From NCBI GenBank assembly GCA_038127595.1, contig JAYPIC010000001.1, positions 34,618 to 98,617 of the forward strand: 64,000 nt of DNA. The letters run 5' to 3'. The DNA comes from a bacterium. GTDB lineage: Bacteria > Fidelibacterota > Marinisomatia > Marinisomatales > UBA1611. A program made the translations under genes and the position numbers. Positions 18,760 through 30,728 of the stretch are shown piece by piece. The stretch's first letter is position 1, and each line of letters starts with the position of its first letter. Below the pieces are notes generated by a model. The model saw only the letters and a list, made by a program, of their open reading frames with translations, was not told the DNA's origin and made no database searches.

Positions 18760-21612
18760 ATGTCTAAAATTAAAAAAACATACGGTAATACAAAATCTCT
18801 TACCGAAATAGTTGTTAAAGGCGCCAGGCAACACAATTTAAAAAATATAAACGTTACCATTCCTAGAGATAAGTTAGTAGTTATAACTGGATTATCAGGC
18901 TCTGGTAAGTCCTCTTTAGCGTTCGATACAATTTATGCAGAAGGTCAGCGTAGATATGTTGAATCCCTATCGACATATGCAAGACAATTTCTTGGATTGA
19001 TGGAAAAGCCAGATATGGATACCATTGAAGGATTGTCACCTGCTATAAGTATTGAACAGAAAGCAAGTGCCCGAAATCCACGAAGCACAGTCGGGACTGT
19101 AACTGAAATTCATGATTACTTAAGACTGCTATTTGCACATGTTGGGCAGCCAACATGCTGGAAATGTGGTGACCCAATAAAAAAGCAATCTGTTCAACAG
19201 GTTGTTGATTCTATTTTCAAAATTAAAAAGAAAACTAAGATTTTTATTTTGGCTCCAGTTATTAGAGGTAAAAAAGGGCAACATAAAAGTGTCATTAATC
19301 AGATTCAAAAACAAGGCTTCCTGCGTATTAGAATTGATGGTGAAGTCTATAAGGTTGATGATAAAATCGAATTGGATAAAAATAAAAAACACACTATCGA
19401 AATTCTTGTTGATAGGTTAATTGTTGAACCTTCCATGAAAGAAAGGATTAGTGAATCCGTAGAATTGTCCATGAAATTAGGGGATGGATTGATAATTGTC
19501 CATGAGCTAAATGGGGAGGATCATATTTTTAGTGAAAATTTTGCCTGTCCTAAATGTAATGTTAGTCTTGAAGAATTAACTCCAAGAATGTTTTCATTTA
19601 ATTCTCCTTTTGGTGCTTGTAAAAAGTGTGAGGGGATAGGAACTAAAATGGAAGTGAATCCTGACCTAGTTGTTCCTGATAAAAACAAATCTTTAGTGCA
19701 AGGAGCAATTTCTTCTTTAGGGGAGCAACCTAGGGGTAATTGGTATGGCAGTATTTTAAAAAGTTTAGCTAAGCATCTAAATTTTAATTTTTCCACACCA
19801 TGGATAAAATTAGATAAAGATATTCGTTATGAACTTCTTTATGGTTCTGGTAAGACTGAATATCAAATGCAATATAGTTCCGACAGGTGGTCTGGGACCT
19901 ATAGTGGAGGGTGGGAAGGCGCAATACCGAATTTGATGAGAAGATATAAACAGACAAAGTCTAACGGTGTGAGAGAGTGGATAGAGCAATTTATGAGCAT
20001 GAGAGACTGTATGGCATGTAATGGGACTAGATTAAAAAAAGAAAGCTTAGCTGTGCTTCTGGATGGTAAAAATTTAGGCGACATTTCAGCGATGTCTGTA
20101 AAAAACTTACAAGAATTTTTCGAAAAGATTCAACTTTCAGAAAAAGATAAGCAAATAGCAAATCAAATTCTAAAAGAAATTAATCAACGTTTATCATTTC
20201 TTAACAATGTAGGACTTGGGTACCTTACTTTAAGTAGGTCTGCTGCAACTTTATCTGGAGGGGAATCGCAAAGGATTCGACTTGCTACTCAAATTGGTTC
20301 GCAACTGATGGGGGTTTTGTATATCCTTGATGAGCCTTCTATCGGATTACATTCAAGAGATAATGCGAGGCTCCTTTCAACATTAAAAACATTGCGTGAT
20401 ATAGGTAACTCTATACTTGTCGTGGAACATGACCAAGATACAATGGAATCGTCAGACTTTATCATTGATATTGGGCCAAAGGCTGGTAAACTTGGAGGCG
20501 AGGTCGTTTTTGCAGGCAAACCAAAAGATATATACAATTCAGAAAAATCTCTCACTGGGGAATACCTATCTGGTAAAAAAAGAATAGAAATACCTGAGAA
20601 TAGAAGAAAGGGAGTATCCTCATCAATTAGATTATTTGGAGCAAAAGGTAACAATTTAAAAAATGTAGATGTTCAGTTTCCTCTAGGAAAGTTAATATCA
20701 ATCTCAGGCGTTTCAGGTAGTGGAAAAAGTACCTTAATTAATGAAACGTTGTATCCTATAATCGCTCAACATATTAACGGTTCGAGAGTATATCCTTTAG
20801 AATATTCTTCAATTGAAGGATTGAAATTCATTGATAAAATCATTCAAATAGACCAAAAACCTATTGGGAGGACGCCTAGATCAAACCCGGCAACTTATAC
20901 AGGACTCTTCACTTTTGTTCGAGATTTGTTTGCCAAATTACCTGATTCAAAAGTTAAAGGATATAAACCTGGTCGTTTTTCATTCAATGTTAAAGGAGGC
21001 AGGTGTGAATCTTGTGAAGGGGACGGAATAATTAAAATTGAAATGAATTTTTTACCTGATGTTTATGTTACCTGCGAAATTTGCAATGGGGCGAGATATA
21101 ATAGAGAGACATTAGAAATAAAATATAAAGGGAAGTCAATATCTGACATTCTAAGCATGGACGTTGACGATGCTCTCACATTTTTTGAGAACATACCTGC
21201 AATTACTAAGAAGCTTAAAACATTAAAAGATGTAGGTTTAGGCTATATTCATCTGGGGCAACAGGCAACAACCTTATCAGGCGGGGAGGCCCAAAGAGTA
21301 AAATTATCTACTGAACTTTCAAAGATTAATACAAGGAAAACCTTATATATTTTAGATGAGCCAACAACGGGATTACATTTTGAAGATATAAGAATATTGC
21401 TCAAAGTATTACAGAAACTTGTTGATAGAGGAAATACTGTTATAATAATCGAACATAATATGGACGTAATCAAATCATCAGACTGGGTAATAGACTTAGG
21501 CCCTGAAGGAGGTGATGAAGGAGGGCAAATAATATCTTGTGGTACTCCTGAGAGTTTAGCTGAAAATAAGAAATCGTATACAGGTCAGTTTTTAAAAAAT
21601 ATTTTAAAATAA
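18760..21612 (+). CDS. uvrA: Excinuclease ABC subunit A
   Basis: GARQHNLKN, GLSGSGKSSLAFDTIYAEGQRRYVESLS, two ABC modules and Zn fingers. Confidence 0.99.
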   Translation: MSKIKKTYGNTKSLTEIVVKGARQHNLKNINVTIPRDKLVVITGLSGSGKSSLAFDTIYAEGQRRYVESLSTYARQFLGLMEKPDMDTIEGLSPAISIEQKASARNPRSTVGTVTEIHDYLRLLFAHVGQPTCWKCGDPIKKQSVQQVVDSIFKIKKKTKIFILAPVIRGKKGQHKSVINQIQKQGFLRIRIDGEVYKVDDKIELDKNKKHTIEILVDRLIVEPSMKERISESVELSMKLGDGLIIVHELNGEDHIFSENFACPKCNVSLEELTPRMFSFNSPFGACKKCEGIGTKMEVNPDLVVPDKNKSLVQGAISSLGEQPRGNWYGSILKSLAKHLNFNFSTPWIKLDKDIRYELLYGSGKTEYQMQYSSDRWSGTYSGGWEGAIPNLMRRYKQTKSNGVREWIEQFMSMRDCMACNGTRLKKESLAVLLDGKNLGDISAMSVKNLQEFFEKIQLSEKDKQIANQILKEINQRLSFLNNVGLGYLTLSRSAATLSGGESQRIRLATQIGSQLMGVLYILDEPSIGLHSRDNARLLSTLKTLRDIGNSILVVEHDQDTMESSDFIIDIGPKAGKLGGEVVFAGKPKDIYNSEKSLTGEYLSGKKRIEIPENRRKGVSSSIRLFGAKGNNLKNVDVQFPLGKLISISGVSGSGKSTLINETLYPIIAQHINGSRVYPLEYSSIEGLKFIDKIIQIDQKPIGRTPRSNPATYTGLFTFVRDLFAKLPDSKVKGYKPGRFSFNVKGGRCESCEGDGIIKIEMNFLPDVYVTCEICNGARYNRETLEIKYKGKSISDILSMDVDDALTFFENIPAITKKLKTLKDVGLGYIHLGQQATTLSGGEAQRVKLSTELSKINTRKTLYILDEPTTGLHFEDIRILLKVLQKLVDRGNTVIIIEHNMDVIKSSDWVIDLGPEGGDEGGQIISCGTPESLAENKKSYTGQFLKNILK

Positions 21613-21690
21613 ATAAAATTAGTGTTCTTGGTGTCGGACACATGAAGGCTTAATTTTAGAGTCGCTTTAACAGTATTTATTTTCTTTTAT

Positions 21691-22737
21691 ATGACAGATA
21701 TATTTATCACTGACCCTAGCCCCTTTGAAGAAGATATAATTGCAGAAAAATCTCTTAGGCCATTAAAGTTTGATGAGTTCATAGGGCAGAAAGAGCTTGT
21801 TGATAATCTTAAATTGTATATTGATGCAGCTAATGGTAGAGAAGAGGCACTAGATCATGTTTTATTATTTGGTCCTCCAGGTTTAGGTAAAACTACTTTG
21901 GCAAATATCATCTCTAGAGAGCTGAATGTAAATATTAAACAAGCTTCAGGGCCAGTAATTGATCGAGCCGGTGACTTAGCAGGAATGTTGACAAATATTC
22001 AGCACAGAGATGTATTTTTTATTGATGAGATTCATAGACTTAATAGCGTCGTTGAAGAATATTTATATTCTGCTATGGAAGATTTTAAGATTGACATTAT
22101 GATCGACAAAGGGCCTAGTGCTCGGAGTGTCCAGTTGGATTTAGATCCTTTCACCTTGGTTGGGGCAACTACTCGGCTAGGAAATTTAACTTCTCCATTG
22201 AGAGATAGATTCGGAATTATCTTAAGAGTAGATTATTATGGAGCTGAGGATTTATTTCACATAGTTTGTAGATCAGCTGAGATATTAGAGGTTGACATAG
22301 ACGACGAAGGTGCTATGGAACTTGCAAAAAGAAGTCGAGGGACACCTAGAGTAGCAAATCGTATTCTAAGAAGGGCAAGAGATTATGCTCAAGTGAAAGC
22401 AGATGGGCGAATTAGTTATGATGTTGCAAACATGGCTTTGAATAAATTAGGCGTGGATAAATTTGGACTTGATATAATGGATAGGAATATTTTAGAAATA
22501 CTAATTGATAAGTTTTCCGGTGGTCCAGTGGGGATAAAATCTCTTGGAGTTGCGGTTGGGGAAGATCCAGCTACGATCGAAGATGTCTATGAACCATTCT
22601 TAATAAAACAAGGTTTTATGCAGCGTACTTCAAGGGGTAGAGTAGCTCAGGAGTCAGCATATAAATTACTTGATAAACCGACAAACAATAATAACCAAAA
22701 GGATTTATTTAATGATAGAAAAAAAGAAAAAATTTAA
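21691..22737 (+). CDS. ruvB: Holliday junction branch migration helicase RuvB
   Basis: [38 protein letters not shown]. Confidence 0.99.
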   Translation: MTDIFITDPSPFEEDIIAEKSLRPLKFDEFIGQKELVDNLKLYIDAANGREEALDHVLLFGPPGLGKTTLANIISRELNVNIKQASGPVIDRAGDLAGMLTNIQHRDVFFIDEIHRLNSVVEEYLYSAMEDFKIDIMIDKGPSARSVQLDLDPFTLVGATTRLGNLTSPLRDRFGIILRVDYYGAEDLFHIVCRSAEILEVDIDDEGAMELAKRSRGTPRVANRILRRARDYAQVKADGRISYDVANMALNKLGVDKFGLDIMDRNILEILIDKFSGGPVGIKSLGVAVGEDPATIEDVYEPFLIKQGFMQRTSRGRVAQESAYKLLDKPTNNNNQKDLFNDRKKEKI

Positions 22738-23767
22738 ACTCGGAGATTTTGATTACCCCTTACCAAAAAAACATATTGCTCAGTACCCTGGTAAGAAAAG
22801 AGACGAGTCAAAATTAATGGTTGTCAATAGAGAAGAAAAAACTATTGAGCATAAAAAATTTAGTAACATTGTTGATCACTTAAGGAAAAATGATTTATTG
22901 ATATTAAATAATACGAAAGTTTTCCCAGCTAGGTTGTTTGCAACGAAGGATAGAACAGATGCAAAAGTAGAAGTTTTTTTATTAAGGGAGCTTGCTCAAA
23001 ATTTATGGGAAGTAATGGTCAGGCCTGCTAGAAAGGTCAGAATAGGTAATAAATTAGTATTTACGCCAAAGTTAATGTGTGATGTCATTGATAATACGGT
23101 TTCAGGCGGAAGAGTAGTTCGATTTGAATCTGAAAGTCAGGAAGAATTACATAGTATAATTGACAAAATAGGGACCTCTCCTTTACCACCATATATAACC
23201 AGAGATCCTGAACCTAGTGATAAAAAAAGATACCAAACTGTATATGCTACTGAGCGCGGAGCTGTTGCTGCTCCAACAGCTGGACTTCATTTTACTGAGT
23301 CTTTAATTAAGAAAATTGAAAAAAAGGGTGTGAAAATAGAATATATAACCTTGCATATTGGGCTTGGTACATTTAGACCAGTTCAGGTGGAAGACTTAAA
23401 TAGGCATCAAATGGATTCCGAATATTTTGAGGTTTCTCCAAAAACTGCGATGGCTATTAATGAAGCTAGAAAAAAGCACAGGAAAATCGTTGCTGTCGGA
23501 ACATCAACAATTAGAGCTCTTGAGACTGTAGTTGTGTCTGGTTTTATGGTTTCTCCTAAAAGAGGATGGACAGATAAGTTTATCTACCCACCATATGAAT
23601 ATAAAATGGTCGATTCCATGGTTACTAATTTTCACACGCCAAAATCAACATTAATGATGATGGTAAGTGCTTTTGCTGATATTGATTTGTTAAAAAAGGC
23701 ATACCGTGAAGCAAAAAAGAACGACTACAGATTTCTTAGTTATGGTGATGCTATGATAATTATTTAG
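22712..23767 (+). CDS. queA: S-adenosylmethionine:tRNA ribosyltransferase-isomerase
   Basis: [45 protein letters not shown]; start set at ATG 22712. Confidence 0.98.
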   Translation: MIEKKKKFKLGDFDYPLPKKHIAQYPGKKRDESKLMVVNREEKTIEHKKFSNIVDHLRKNDLLILNNTKVFPARLFATKDRTDAKVEVFLLRELAQNLWEVMVRPARKVRIGNKLVFTPKLMCDVIDNTVSGGRVVRFESESQEELHSIIDKIGTSPLPPYITRDPEPSDKKRYQTVYATERGAVAAPTAGLHFTESLIKKIEKKGVKIEYITLHIGLGTFRPVQVEDLNRHQMDSEYFEVSPKTAMAINEARKKHRKIVAVGTSTIRALETVVVSGFMVSPKRGWTDKFIYPPYEYKMVDSMVTNFHTPKSTLMMMVSAFADIDLLKKAYREAKKNDYRFLSYGDAMIII

Positions 23768-23783
23768 GGATTAGTTTAAAAAT

Positions 23784-24461
23784 TTGAATAAAGTCTCTGC
23801 GATAATTCTTGCTGCTGGCAGCGGTAGTAGATTTGGTGAAAAAAAACAGTTTAAAGAGCTTAATGGGAAGCCTATTTGGTTTTATTCATTAAATACTTTC
23901 ATTCAATCTGAATCTATTGACGAGTTAATTTTAGTAATTCCTAATGATTCATTAGAAACCTTAAAACAATCTCAAGTTTTCACATCTTTAAATAAAACAA
24001 ATAACATTAAATTGGTTTCAGGAGGTGAATCTAGAAAAGATTCAGTTTTTAATGGTCTCAAAGTAGTAAAAAAAGCGATTGATATTGTTTGCATTCATGA
24101 TGCAGCAAGGCCATTTATTAAAGCCTCTTACATTAAACATTCAGTTGAAGCTTGTAGTGAGTTTGATGGTGCGATAATAGCAATTCCTTCTGTTGATACA
24201 GTGAAAAAAGTTGATAAACAAATAATAAAAAATACAATTGACAGAGAGTCTTTATGGATGGCACAAACTCCTCAAACTTTTAAAAAAGATAAGCTTCTGT
24301 ATGCTATCAAAAATTCTTCACATTTAAATGTTACAGATGAGAGTATGCTTATGGAGGAAGCTAATTTTAAAATTAAATTAATTGAAGGTGATCAGTCTAA
24401 TTTTAAAATAACTAATGAAATAGACTGGGAGTTAGCAAAAGTTATGGCGGAGGTAGAATAA
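23784..24461 (+). CDS. ispD: 2-C-methyl-D-erythritol 4-phosphate cytidylyltransferase
   Basis: LAAGSGSRF..KKQF, GGESR, HDAARP, QTPQ, NFKIT. Confidence 0.95.
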   Translation: MNKVSAIILAAGSGSRFGEKKQFKELNGKPIWFYSLNTFIQSESIDELILVIPNDSLETLKQSQVFTSLNKTNNIKLVSGGESRKDSVFNGLKVVKKAIDIVCIHDAARPFIKASYIKHSVEACSEFDGAIIAIPSVDTVKKVDKQIIKNTIDRESLWMAQTPQTFKKDKLLYAIKNSSHLNVTDESMLMEEANFKIKLIEGDQSNFKITNEIDWELAKVMAEVE

Positions 24462-24464
24462 GTT

Positions 24465-24953
24465 ATGATTCGTTCTGGAATAGGTTTTGATGCTCATCAA
24501 CTAAAGAAAGGTACTGATTTATACATTGGTGGAGTAAAAATTGATTCGGATTTGGGTTCTTTGGGTCATTCTGACGGGGATGCTTTAATTCATGCTCTTG
24601 CAGATTCATTATTAGGTGCTGCTGGGATGGGGGACATTGGTCAATATTTTCCTAGCGAGGAAAAGGAGTGGAAGAATGCAAAAAGCGAAATATTTTTATT
24701 TGAAGTAAAAAAAATTCTTATTAATAATGGGTTTAAAATCTCCAATATTGATTGTACGGTTATATTGCAAAAACCAAAGATTAATACATATATAAAATCA
24801 ATTCGGAATAATATTTCAAGAATATTAGAGCTAAATAAAAAGTATGTCTCCATTAAAGCTACAACAACGGATTACTTGGGATATATTGGTGATTCAAAAG
24901 GATGGAGTGTAATCTCCATTGCAACTATCATTGATGAGAATGAACACAGTTAA
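24465..24953 (+). CDS. ispF: 2-C-methyl-D-erythritol 2,4-cyclodiphosphate synthase
   Basis: GIGFDAH, GHSDGDALIHA..D.LLGA, DIG..FP, KATT. Confidence 0.96.
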   Translation: MIRSGIGFDAHQLKKGTDLYIGGVKIDSDLGSLGHSDGDALIHALADSLLGAAGMGDIGQYFPSEEKEWKNAKSEIFLFEVKKILINNGFKISNIDCTVILQKPKINTYIKSIRNNISRILELNKKYVSIKATTTDYLGYIGDSKGWSVISIATIIDENEHS

Positions 24954-25785
24954 AATTAATTCATATGCTAAAGTTAATGTAGGGCTTAAAATTTTAAATA
25001 AAAGAACAGATGGATATCATAATATTAGCACAATATTTCAAGAAATCGATTTACATGATGAGTTAACAATTTCTAAAAATATCAGCGGATGTCAATTTAG
25101 TTCAAATGTTAATTGGTTACATAATGATCAAAATAATTTGTGTATTATAGCATACAATCATATGAAAGATCTTTACGGTATAAAAGGAATTGATATCGTT
25201 CTGACAAAAAACATTTCTAGAGGTAGCGGTCTGGGTGGTGGATCATCGAATGCAGCGGCTGTTTTGAAAAGTATTAGTAAAATTTATGATTTAAATGTTT
25301 CTGATGAGGATTTGATAGAAATTGGGTCAAAAATTGGAGCTGACGTTCCTTTTTTCATAAAAGGAGGCACTCAAATTGGTGAAGGGATAGGTGAAAAACT
25401 CATAGGTTTAAAATCTAAAATAAAAGGCTGGTATTTAATTATTACTCCAGATCTTACTATTGATACAAAATGGGCATATTCACAATTTAAAAATATATTG
25501 GATAATGCTACACTCCCTACTAAATTTTCCGACTTATTTAGTGAAAAGATAGTTGATCTTGACACAATAAAGTTTTTTGAGAACAATTTTGAATCTGTTG
25601 TTTTTCCAACATATCCAGAGATTGGTGCAATAAAAAAAGAACTCTTTGCATTAGGTGCAAAGTTTGCCAGTCTGTCGGGTTCTGGCTCGACTGTGTTTGG
25701 GATTTTCGATGATAATGCTAAAGTTAAAAAAGCATTTTCTCATTTCTCTCCAATGCACAAGGCATATATTGCTCGCTCTATTTAA
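24940..25785 (+). CDS. ispE: 4-diphosphocytidyl-2-C-methyl-D-erythritol kinase
   Basis: AKVN.GL, DGYH, GLGGGSSNAA, GADVPFF, SGSGSTVF; start set at ATG 24940. Confidence 0.95.
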   Translation: MNTVKINSYAKVNVGLKILNKRTDGYHNISTIFQEIDLHDELTISKNISGCQFSSNVNWLHNDQNNLCIIAYNHMKDLYGIKGIDIVLTKNISRGSGLGGGSSNAAAVLKSISKIYDLNVSDEDLIEIGSKIGADVPFFIKGGTQIGEGIGEKLIGLKSKIKGWYLIITPDLTIDTKWAYSQFKNILDNATLPTKFSDLFSEKIVDLDTIKFFENNFESVVFPTYPEIGAIKKELFALGAKFASLSGSGSTVFGIFDDNAKVKKAFSHFSPMHKAYIARSI

Positions 25786-25808
25786 TTTGTTGGTCAAATT
25801 ATAAAAAT

Positions 25809-25879
25809 TGGGGCGTCGTCTAATGGTAGGACACCTGGTTTTGGTCCAGGCAGTTGGGGTTCGAGTCCCTACGCCCCAG
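25809..25879 (+). tRNA. tRNA-Gln (anticodon TTG)
   Basis: Acceptor stem TGGGGCG/CGCCCCA; anticodon arm CCTGG-TTTTGGT-CCAGG; T-loop TTCGAGT; usual ispE-tRNA-Gln-prs order; CCA not encoded. Confidence 0.95.
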
Positions 25880-25893
25880 CAAATGTTATTTAA

Positions 25894-26838
25894 ATGAAAA
25901 GAGAACGTAAAATATTTAGTGGTAGAAGTAATCCTGAGTTAGCAAAAAAAATTGCTATTTCAGCTGATTGTCAATTAGGAGATATTTCAATTAAGACATT
26001 TTCAGATGGTGAAATATGGGTAAAATATGAAGAAAATGTTAGAGGGCAGGATGTATTTATTATTCAATCTACAAACGGTCCTTCTGAAAATATAATTGAA
26101 TTAGCTCTGATGACAGATGCTGCTGTTAGAGCATCTGCTAGTACAGTTAACATAATTATGCCTTACTTTGGTTATGGGAGGCAAGACAGAAAAGATCAAC
26201 CAAGGGTGCCGATTTCATCAAGGGTAATGATTGATATTTTCACTAGCATGGGGGCAGATAGAATAGTAACAATGGATTTACATTCCACTCAAATTCAAGG
26301 TTTCGCGAAAATACCCTTTGATCATTTATATAGTAGAATGGTATTAATGAAGGCAATATCAGATTTAGGTCTTGATCCAAAAAGATCAGTTGTTTTAGCC
26401 CCTGATGTAGGTTCTGCTGCTATAAGCCAAGCTTATGCAAAAAGATTAAAAATGCATTTTGCATTGATTGACAAGAGGAGGTTTGCTCCTAATCAAGCTA
26501 AAGTAAGTCACTTAATAGGTGATTTAGACAGTAAGGACGTTCTCATCATTGATGATATGATTGATACCGCGGGGACAACTGTAGGTGCAGCAAATGCAGC
26601 TATGGAAAAAGGAGCTAAATCTGTAACTGCTATAGCGACTCATGGAGTTTTGTCAGGGCCTGCAATTGAAAGATTAAAAAGCGCTCCAATAAAAAATTTA
26701 GTTGTTACCGACACAATACAAATACCAAAAGAAAAAATATTAAGTAATATGAAAATTATCACAGTCGCTGATGTGTTTGGGGCAGCGATCAATCGTATTC
26801 ATAATGGTGAATCCGTTAGCGCATTATTTGAATTTTAA
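25894..26838 (+). CDS. prs: Ribose-phosphate pyrophosphokinase
   Basis: FSDGE, PYFGYGRQDRK, DLH..QIQGF, IIDDMIDTAGT. Confidence 0.98.
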   Translation: MKRERKIFSGRSNPELAKKIAISADCQLGDISIKTFSDGEIWVKYEENVRGQDVFIIQSTNGPSENIIELALMTDAAVRASASTVNIIMPYFGYGRQDRKDQPRVPISSRVMIDIFTSMGADRIVTMDLHSTQIQGFAKIPFDHLYSRMVLMKAISDLGLDPKRSVVLAPDVGSAAISQAYAKRLKMHFALIDKRRFAPNQAKVSHLIGDLDSKDVLIIDDMIDTAGTTVGAANAAMEKGAKSVTAIATHGVLSGPAIERLKSAPIKNLVVTDTIQIPKEKILSNMKIITVADVFGAAINRIHNGESVSALFEF

Positions 26839-26853
26839 AAAGGAGAAATAAGG

Positions 26854-27522
26854 ATGGCTACATCTTATTATAAATTAGATATTGAAATCAGAGAATCTGT
26901 TGGTAAAAAATCAACAAAAGCAATCAGAAGAGATGGCAAGATCCCAAGTACATTATATTTTAAAGGAGATGAACCTGAGAGTATTGCCATAGATAAAATA
27001 AAACTTTATCAGGCGTTAAAATCTGACCAGCGTGTTTATGAGGTTGAATTAGGCGGTGAATCTCAGTATGTAATGGTAAAAGCTGTACAATATCATCCTG
27101 TAACAGATGAAATTATTCATTTAGATTTTATGCGAGTACGTAGGTCCGAAAAGATGACGATTTCCGTTCCTCTAGTTCTAGTTGGTAAGCCAATAGGTGT
27201 AGTTGAAGGTGGAATTTTATCTCAAGCACTTAATCAAATTGAAATAAGTTGTTTCCCAACAAACGTACCAGATCAAATTGAGGTTAACGTTGATAAAATG
27301 GAGCTTAATTCATCCATTAGTGTAGCAGATGTATCCACTGATGATGAAGAGGTGGAAATACTTAGTTCATCAGAAATAAATGTTGCAACAATTACAGCTC
27401 CTAGTTCTGAAAAAGAAGAAACAGTTTCTGACGATGATATTGTTACTGATGAGGATAAAGATGAATCATCTGATGATCAAAAATCTGATGATAGTGATAA
27501 TCAAGAGGAATCAAAAGAATAG
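26854..27522 (+). CDS. rplY: 50S ribosomal protein L25/Ctc (long form, acidic tail)
   Basis: R...GK...K..RR.G.IP, QYHPV...I.H.DF, G...GG. Confidence 0.95.
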   Translation: MATSYYKLDIEIRESVGKKSTKAIRRDGKIPSTLYFKGDEPESIAIDKIKLYQALKSDQRVYEVELGGESQYVMVKAVQYHPVTDEIIHLDFMRVRRSEKMTISVPLVLVGKPIGVVEGGILSQALNQIEISCFPTNVPDQIEVNVDKMELNSSISVADVSTDDEEVEILSSSEINVATITAPSSEKEETVSDDDIVTDEDKDESSDDQKSDDSDNQEESKE

Positions 27523-27530
27523 ATCTAGTT

Positions 27531-28085
27531 TTGATTGTATTTATAGGTTTAGGAAATGTTGGTGAGCAGTATAAAGAAACAAAGCATAATGCAGGATTTT
27601 GGATAATGGACGAGATGGCAGCAAGACATAAAATTTCTTTTAGCCCAGGGAGCGGAGATTACGTTATTGCATCAAAGACAGATAAGTTCCACCTTGTTAA
27701 GCCGAGTACAGGTATGAATAGAAGTGGCAATGCAGTTTCACAACTAATTAAATCAAAAAATATCCTACCTGAACAGATTTGTGTCATTTTAGATGATGTA
27801 GATTTACCTCTTGGTAAAATACGTATAAAACCAAAAGGCGGTGATGGTTCTCATCGAGGCTTACAGAATATTATTTACCTATCAAACACAGACAACATTC
27901 CTAGGCTTAGATTTGGTATTGGCACTAGTGAAAAAATGCGTCCAGCAGAAAATTATGTATTGGAACCATTTAAAAAGGATGATGATAAAACTCTTGCTCG
28001 TGAAACTGTAAAAAATGCAGCAGATGCTTTAGATAGTGTGGTTTTTAATGGAATAGATAAAACAATGAATATTTATAACTCATAG
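27531..28085 (+). CDS. pth: Peptidyl-tRNA hydrolase
   Basis: GLGN.G..Y..TKHNAGF, KP...MN.SG, DD.DLP.G, H.GL, RLR.GIG. Confidence 0.95.
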   Translation: MIVFIGLGNVGEQYKETKHNAGFWIMDEMAARHKISFSPGSGDYVIASKTDKFHLVKPSTGMNRSGNAVSQLIKSKNILPEQICVILDDVDLPLGKIRIKPKGGDGSHRGLQNIIYLSNTDNIPRLRFGIGTSEKMRPAENYVLEPFKKDDDKTLARETVKNAADALDSVVFNGIDKTMNIYNS

Positions 28086-28105
28086 AAATGGAGATTTAAA
28101 AAATA

Positions 28106-30289
28106 ATGCAAAATGAAAATAACTTTGTTTTACTAGTGATTTTATCTGGTATTCTTGCAATGGCTTTTGCTTTTTGGAAGGCCTCATGGATAAACACACA
28201 AAACGAGGGTAATCAGCGTATGAAAACTATTGGTGCTAGCATTGCAGATGGAGCAATGGCCTTTCTTCGTGCTGAGTATCGAATACTAGGTGTTTTTGTT
28301 GTCGCTGTAGCTCTCGTCCTTGGTTATGCAAATTCTGGGAGAGCAGATTCAAGCGCATTTATAGCTCTTTCATTCATTATTGGCGCCGTAGCTTCTGGTT
28401 TTGCAGGATTCCTAGGTATGAAAGTAGCAACAAAGGCAAACAATCGTACAACTCATGCTGCAGAAACAAGCTTGGCTAAAGCTTTAAATGTAGCATTTAG
28501 CGGCGGAGTTGTGATGGGTTTAAGTGTTGTTGGTTTAGGGGTTCTAGGCTTGGGAATTCTTTTTTATGTTTATGGGGAAATGGGAATTTTTAACAATGAC
28601 ATTGAAATAATATTAAATGTTTTATCTGGATTTTCTTTAGGAGCTTCTTCTATTGCGCTTTTTGCAAGAGTTGGAGGAGGTATTTATACAAAAGCTGCTG
28701 ATGTTGGAGCAGATTTAGTGGGTAAGGTAGAGTCTGGTATTCCTGAAGATCATCCTCTTAACCCTGCTACTATAGCTGATAATGTTGGAGATAATGTTGG
28801 AGATGTGGCTGGCATGGGAGCAGATTTATTTGAATCTTATGTAGGATCAATAATTGGATCTATGGTCTTAGGTTCAACCCTTTATGCTTACGGTGCTGGG
28901 TTTGATTTCAATTTTGTCCTGCTTCCGCTTCTAATCGCAGCATCAGGTATAGTCGTATCAATAGGTGGTACCTTTTTAGTTTCAGTCAAGGAGGGCGGGG
29001 ATCCTCAGAAAGCATTAAATAAAGGAGAGTTTGGTAGCGGGCTAATAATGGTTGCGGTAATATATATTTTAATAACTTACTTTTTACCAGAAAAATTTGT
29101 TGCTCAGCAGGGTTTTGGGAAATCTTATGATAGTATAGGTGTATTTTATGCCACAGTCATAGGCCTCTTTGGCGGGCTTGGAATTGGGAAAATAACCGAA
29201 TATTACACTGGAACTGGTACAAAACCAGTTGAGTCTATTTCTAAGCAATCCATGACTGGACCAGCTACTAACATTATTGCAGGTCTGGGTGTTGGTATGG
29301 AATCTACTGCAGTTCCAATTATGATAATTTCAGGTAGCATTATGGGTGCATACTATTTTGCAGGTCTTTATGGAATAGCTATGGCAGCTCTTGGAATGCT
29401 TGCAAATACTGGGATTCAACTGGCTGTCGATGCATATGGACCAATTTCAGATAATGCAGGCGGGATTGCAGAGATGGCTGAATTACCCAAAGAGGTTAGA
29501 GAGAGAACAGATAAGCTTGATGCTGTAGGTAATACTACCGCTGCAATTGGTAAGGGTTTTGCTATAGGTTCTGCAGCTTTAACTGCTTTAGCGCTATTCG
29601 CTGCCTTTAAAGTTAAAAGTGGTATTGATATTATAAATATTTCTGATCCCATGGTAATGGCAGGTTTGTTCATTGGTGGTATGTTACCTTTTCTTTTCTC
29701 TTCAATGGCGATGGGAGCTGTAGGTAGAGCCGCAATGTCAATGATTGAAGAAGTGAGAAGACAGTTCAAGGAAATTCCTGAATTGAAAAAAGCACTTGAG
29801 ATAATGAATCTTAAAAACCGAGAAGATTGGAATGAAGATGATAAGAAAGCCTACAATGATGCTATGGGAAAGGCAGAGCATGGGAAATGCGTTGAAATTT
29901 CTACTGAGTCTGCCATTAGAGAAATGGTTTTACCAGGCCTTTTAGCAGTATCAATGCCTGTTATTGTAGGATTTTTACCAAAAATGTTTGGTAGCAATCA
30001 AGGACCTGAAATATTAGGAGGATTACTTGCAGGAGTAACAGTAAGTGGCGTATTGATGGCTATCTTTCAATCAAATTCAGGAGGTGCCTGGGACAATGCA
30101 AAGAAAATGATTGAGGAAGGCATTACAATAGATGGTCAAAAATTAGTTAAAGGCTCAGAGGCCCATAAAGCCTCTGTTGTCGGCGATACTGTAGGAGATC
30201 CATTTAAGGACACTTCTGGTCCATCATTAAATATTTTAATAAAACTTATGTCAGTGGTGTCTTTGGTAATTGCACCGTTGATTAAATAG
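28106..30289 (+). CDS. hppA: Membrane-bound K+-dependent, probably Na+-translocating pyrophosphatase
   Basis: [59 protein letters not shown]. Confidence 0.95.
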   Translation: MQNENNFVLLVILSGILAMAFAFWKASWINTQNEGNQRMKTIGASIADGAMAFLRAEYRILGVFVVAVALVLGYANSGRADSSAFIALSFIIGAVASGFAGFLGMKVATKANNRTTHAAETSLAKALNVAFSGGVVMGLSVVGLGVLGLGILFYVYGEMGIFNNDIEIILNVLSGFSLGASSIALFARVGGGIYTKAADVGADLVGKVESGIPEDHPLNPATIADNVGDNVGDVAGMGADLFESYVGSIIGSMVLGSTLYAYGAGFDFNFVLLPLLIAASGIVVSIGGTFLVSVKEGGDPQKALNKGEFGSGLIMVAVIYILITYFLPEKFVAQQGFGKSYDSIGVFYATVIGLFGGLGIGKITEYYTGTGTKPVESISKQSMTGPATNIIAGLGVGMESTAVPIMIISGSIMGAYYFAGLYGIAMAALGMLANTGIQLAVDAYGPISDNAGGIAEMAELPKEVRERTDKLDAVGNTTAAIGKGFAIGSAALTALALFAAFKVKSGIDIINISDPMVMAGLFIGGMLPFLFSSMAMGAVGRAAMSMIEEVRRQFKEIPELKKALEIMNLKNREDWNEDDKKAYNDAMGKAEHGKCVEISTESAIREMVLPGLLAVSMPVIVGFLPKMFGSNQGPEILGGLLAGVTVSGVLMAIFQSNSGGAWDNAKKMIEEGITIDGQKLVKGSEAHKASVVGDTVGDPFKDTSGPSLNILIKLMSVVSLVIAPLIK

Positions 30290-30305
30290 AATCTAGGGAG
30301 ATTAT

Positions 30306-30728
30306 ATGCGTTATTATGAACTAATATACATTGTTAACTCAAATGTAGAACGAAAGAAAATTGACCAAATCATGAAAGATATTAGTAGTAGGTTAGAAAA
30401 TACTGATTCAAAAATAATAAATCATGTTGTTTGGGGTAAGAAAAAACTAGCATATCCCATAAAAGGGAACACCTACGGGAATTACATTCTGTTACATTAT
30501 GAAGGTGGAGACAATAACAAGCTAAATGAATTTGATTCATGGTTAAAGCTCAGTGGTTTGGTGATTAGACATATGATTGTTAGGTTAGAAGAAAAGCCCG
30601 ATGTCGTCAAAGGTTTTGATGATGAAAAACCTGAAAATAACTCTGAAAAAAAGTCAGAAGATCTAGTAGAAAAAGATAAAGAGCAATTAGAAAAAGAAAT
30701 TGTTGAAGAAGATAAGGAGGTAGAATAA
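30306..30728 (+). CDS. rpsF: 30S ribosomal protein S6
   Basis: [22 protein letters not shown]. Confidence 0.95.
   Translation: MRYYELIYIVNSNVERKKIDQIMKDISSRLENTDSKIINHVVWGKKKLAYPIKGNTYGNYILLHYEGGDNNKLNEFDSWLKLSGLVIRHMIVRLEEKPDVVKGFDDEKPENNSEKKSEDLVEKDKEQLEKEIVEEDKEVE

Noticed and set aside
21631..21641. Palindrome GTGTC-G-GACAC upstream of ruvB as a possible SOS/LexA box
   Set aside because: No matching copy upstream of uvrA or elsewhere that I could see; a single short palindrome is insufficient
25809..25893. tRNA-Gln as an integration site
   Set aside because: No integrase, no duplicated tRNA 3' end, and prs follows immediately
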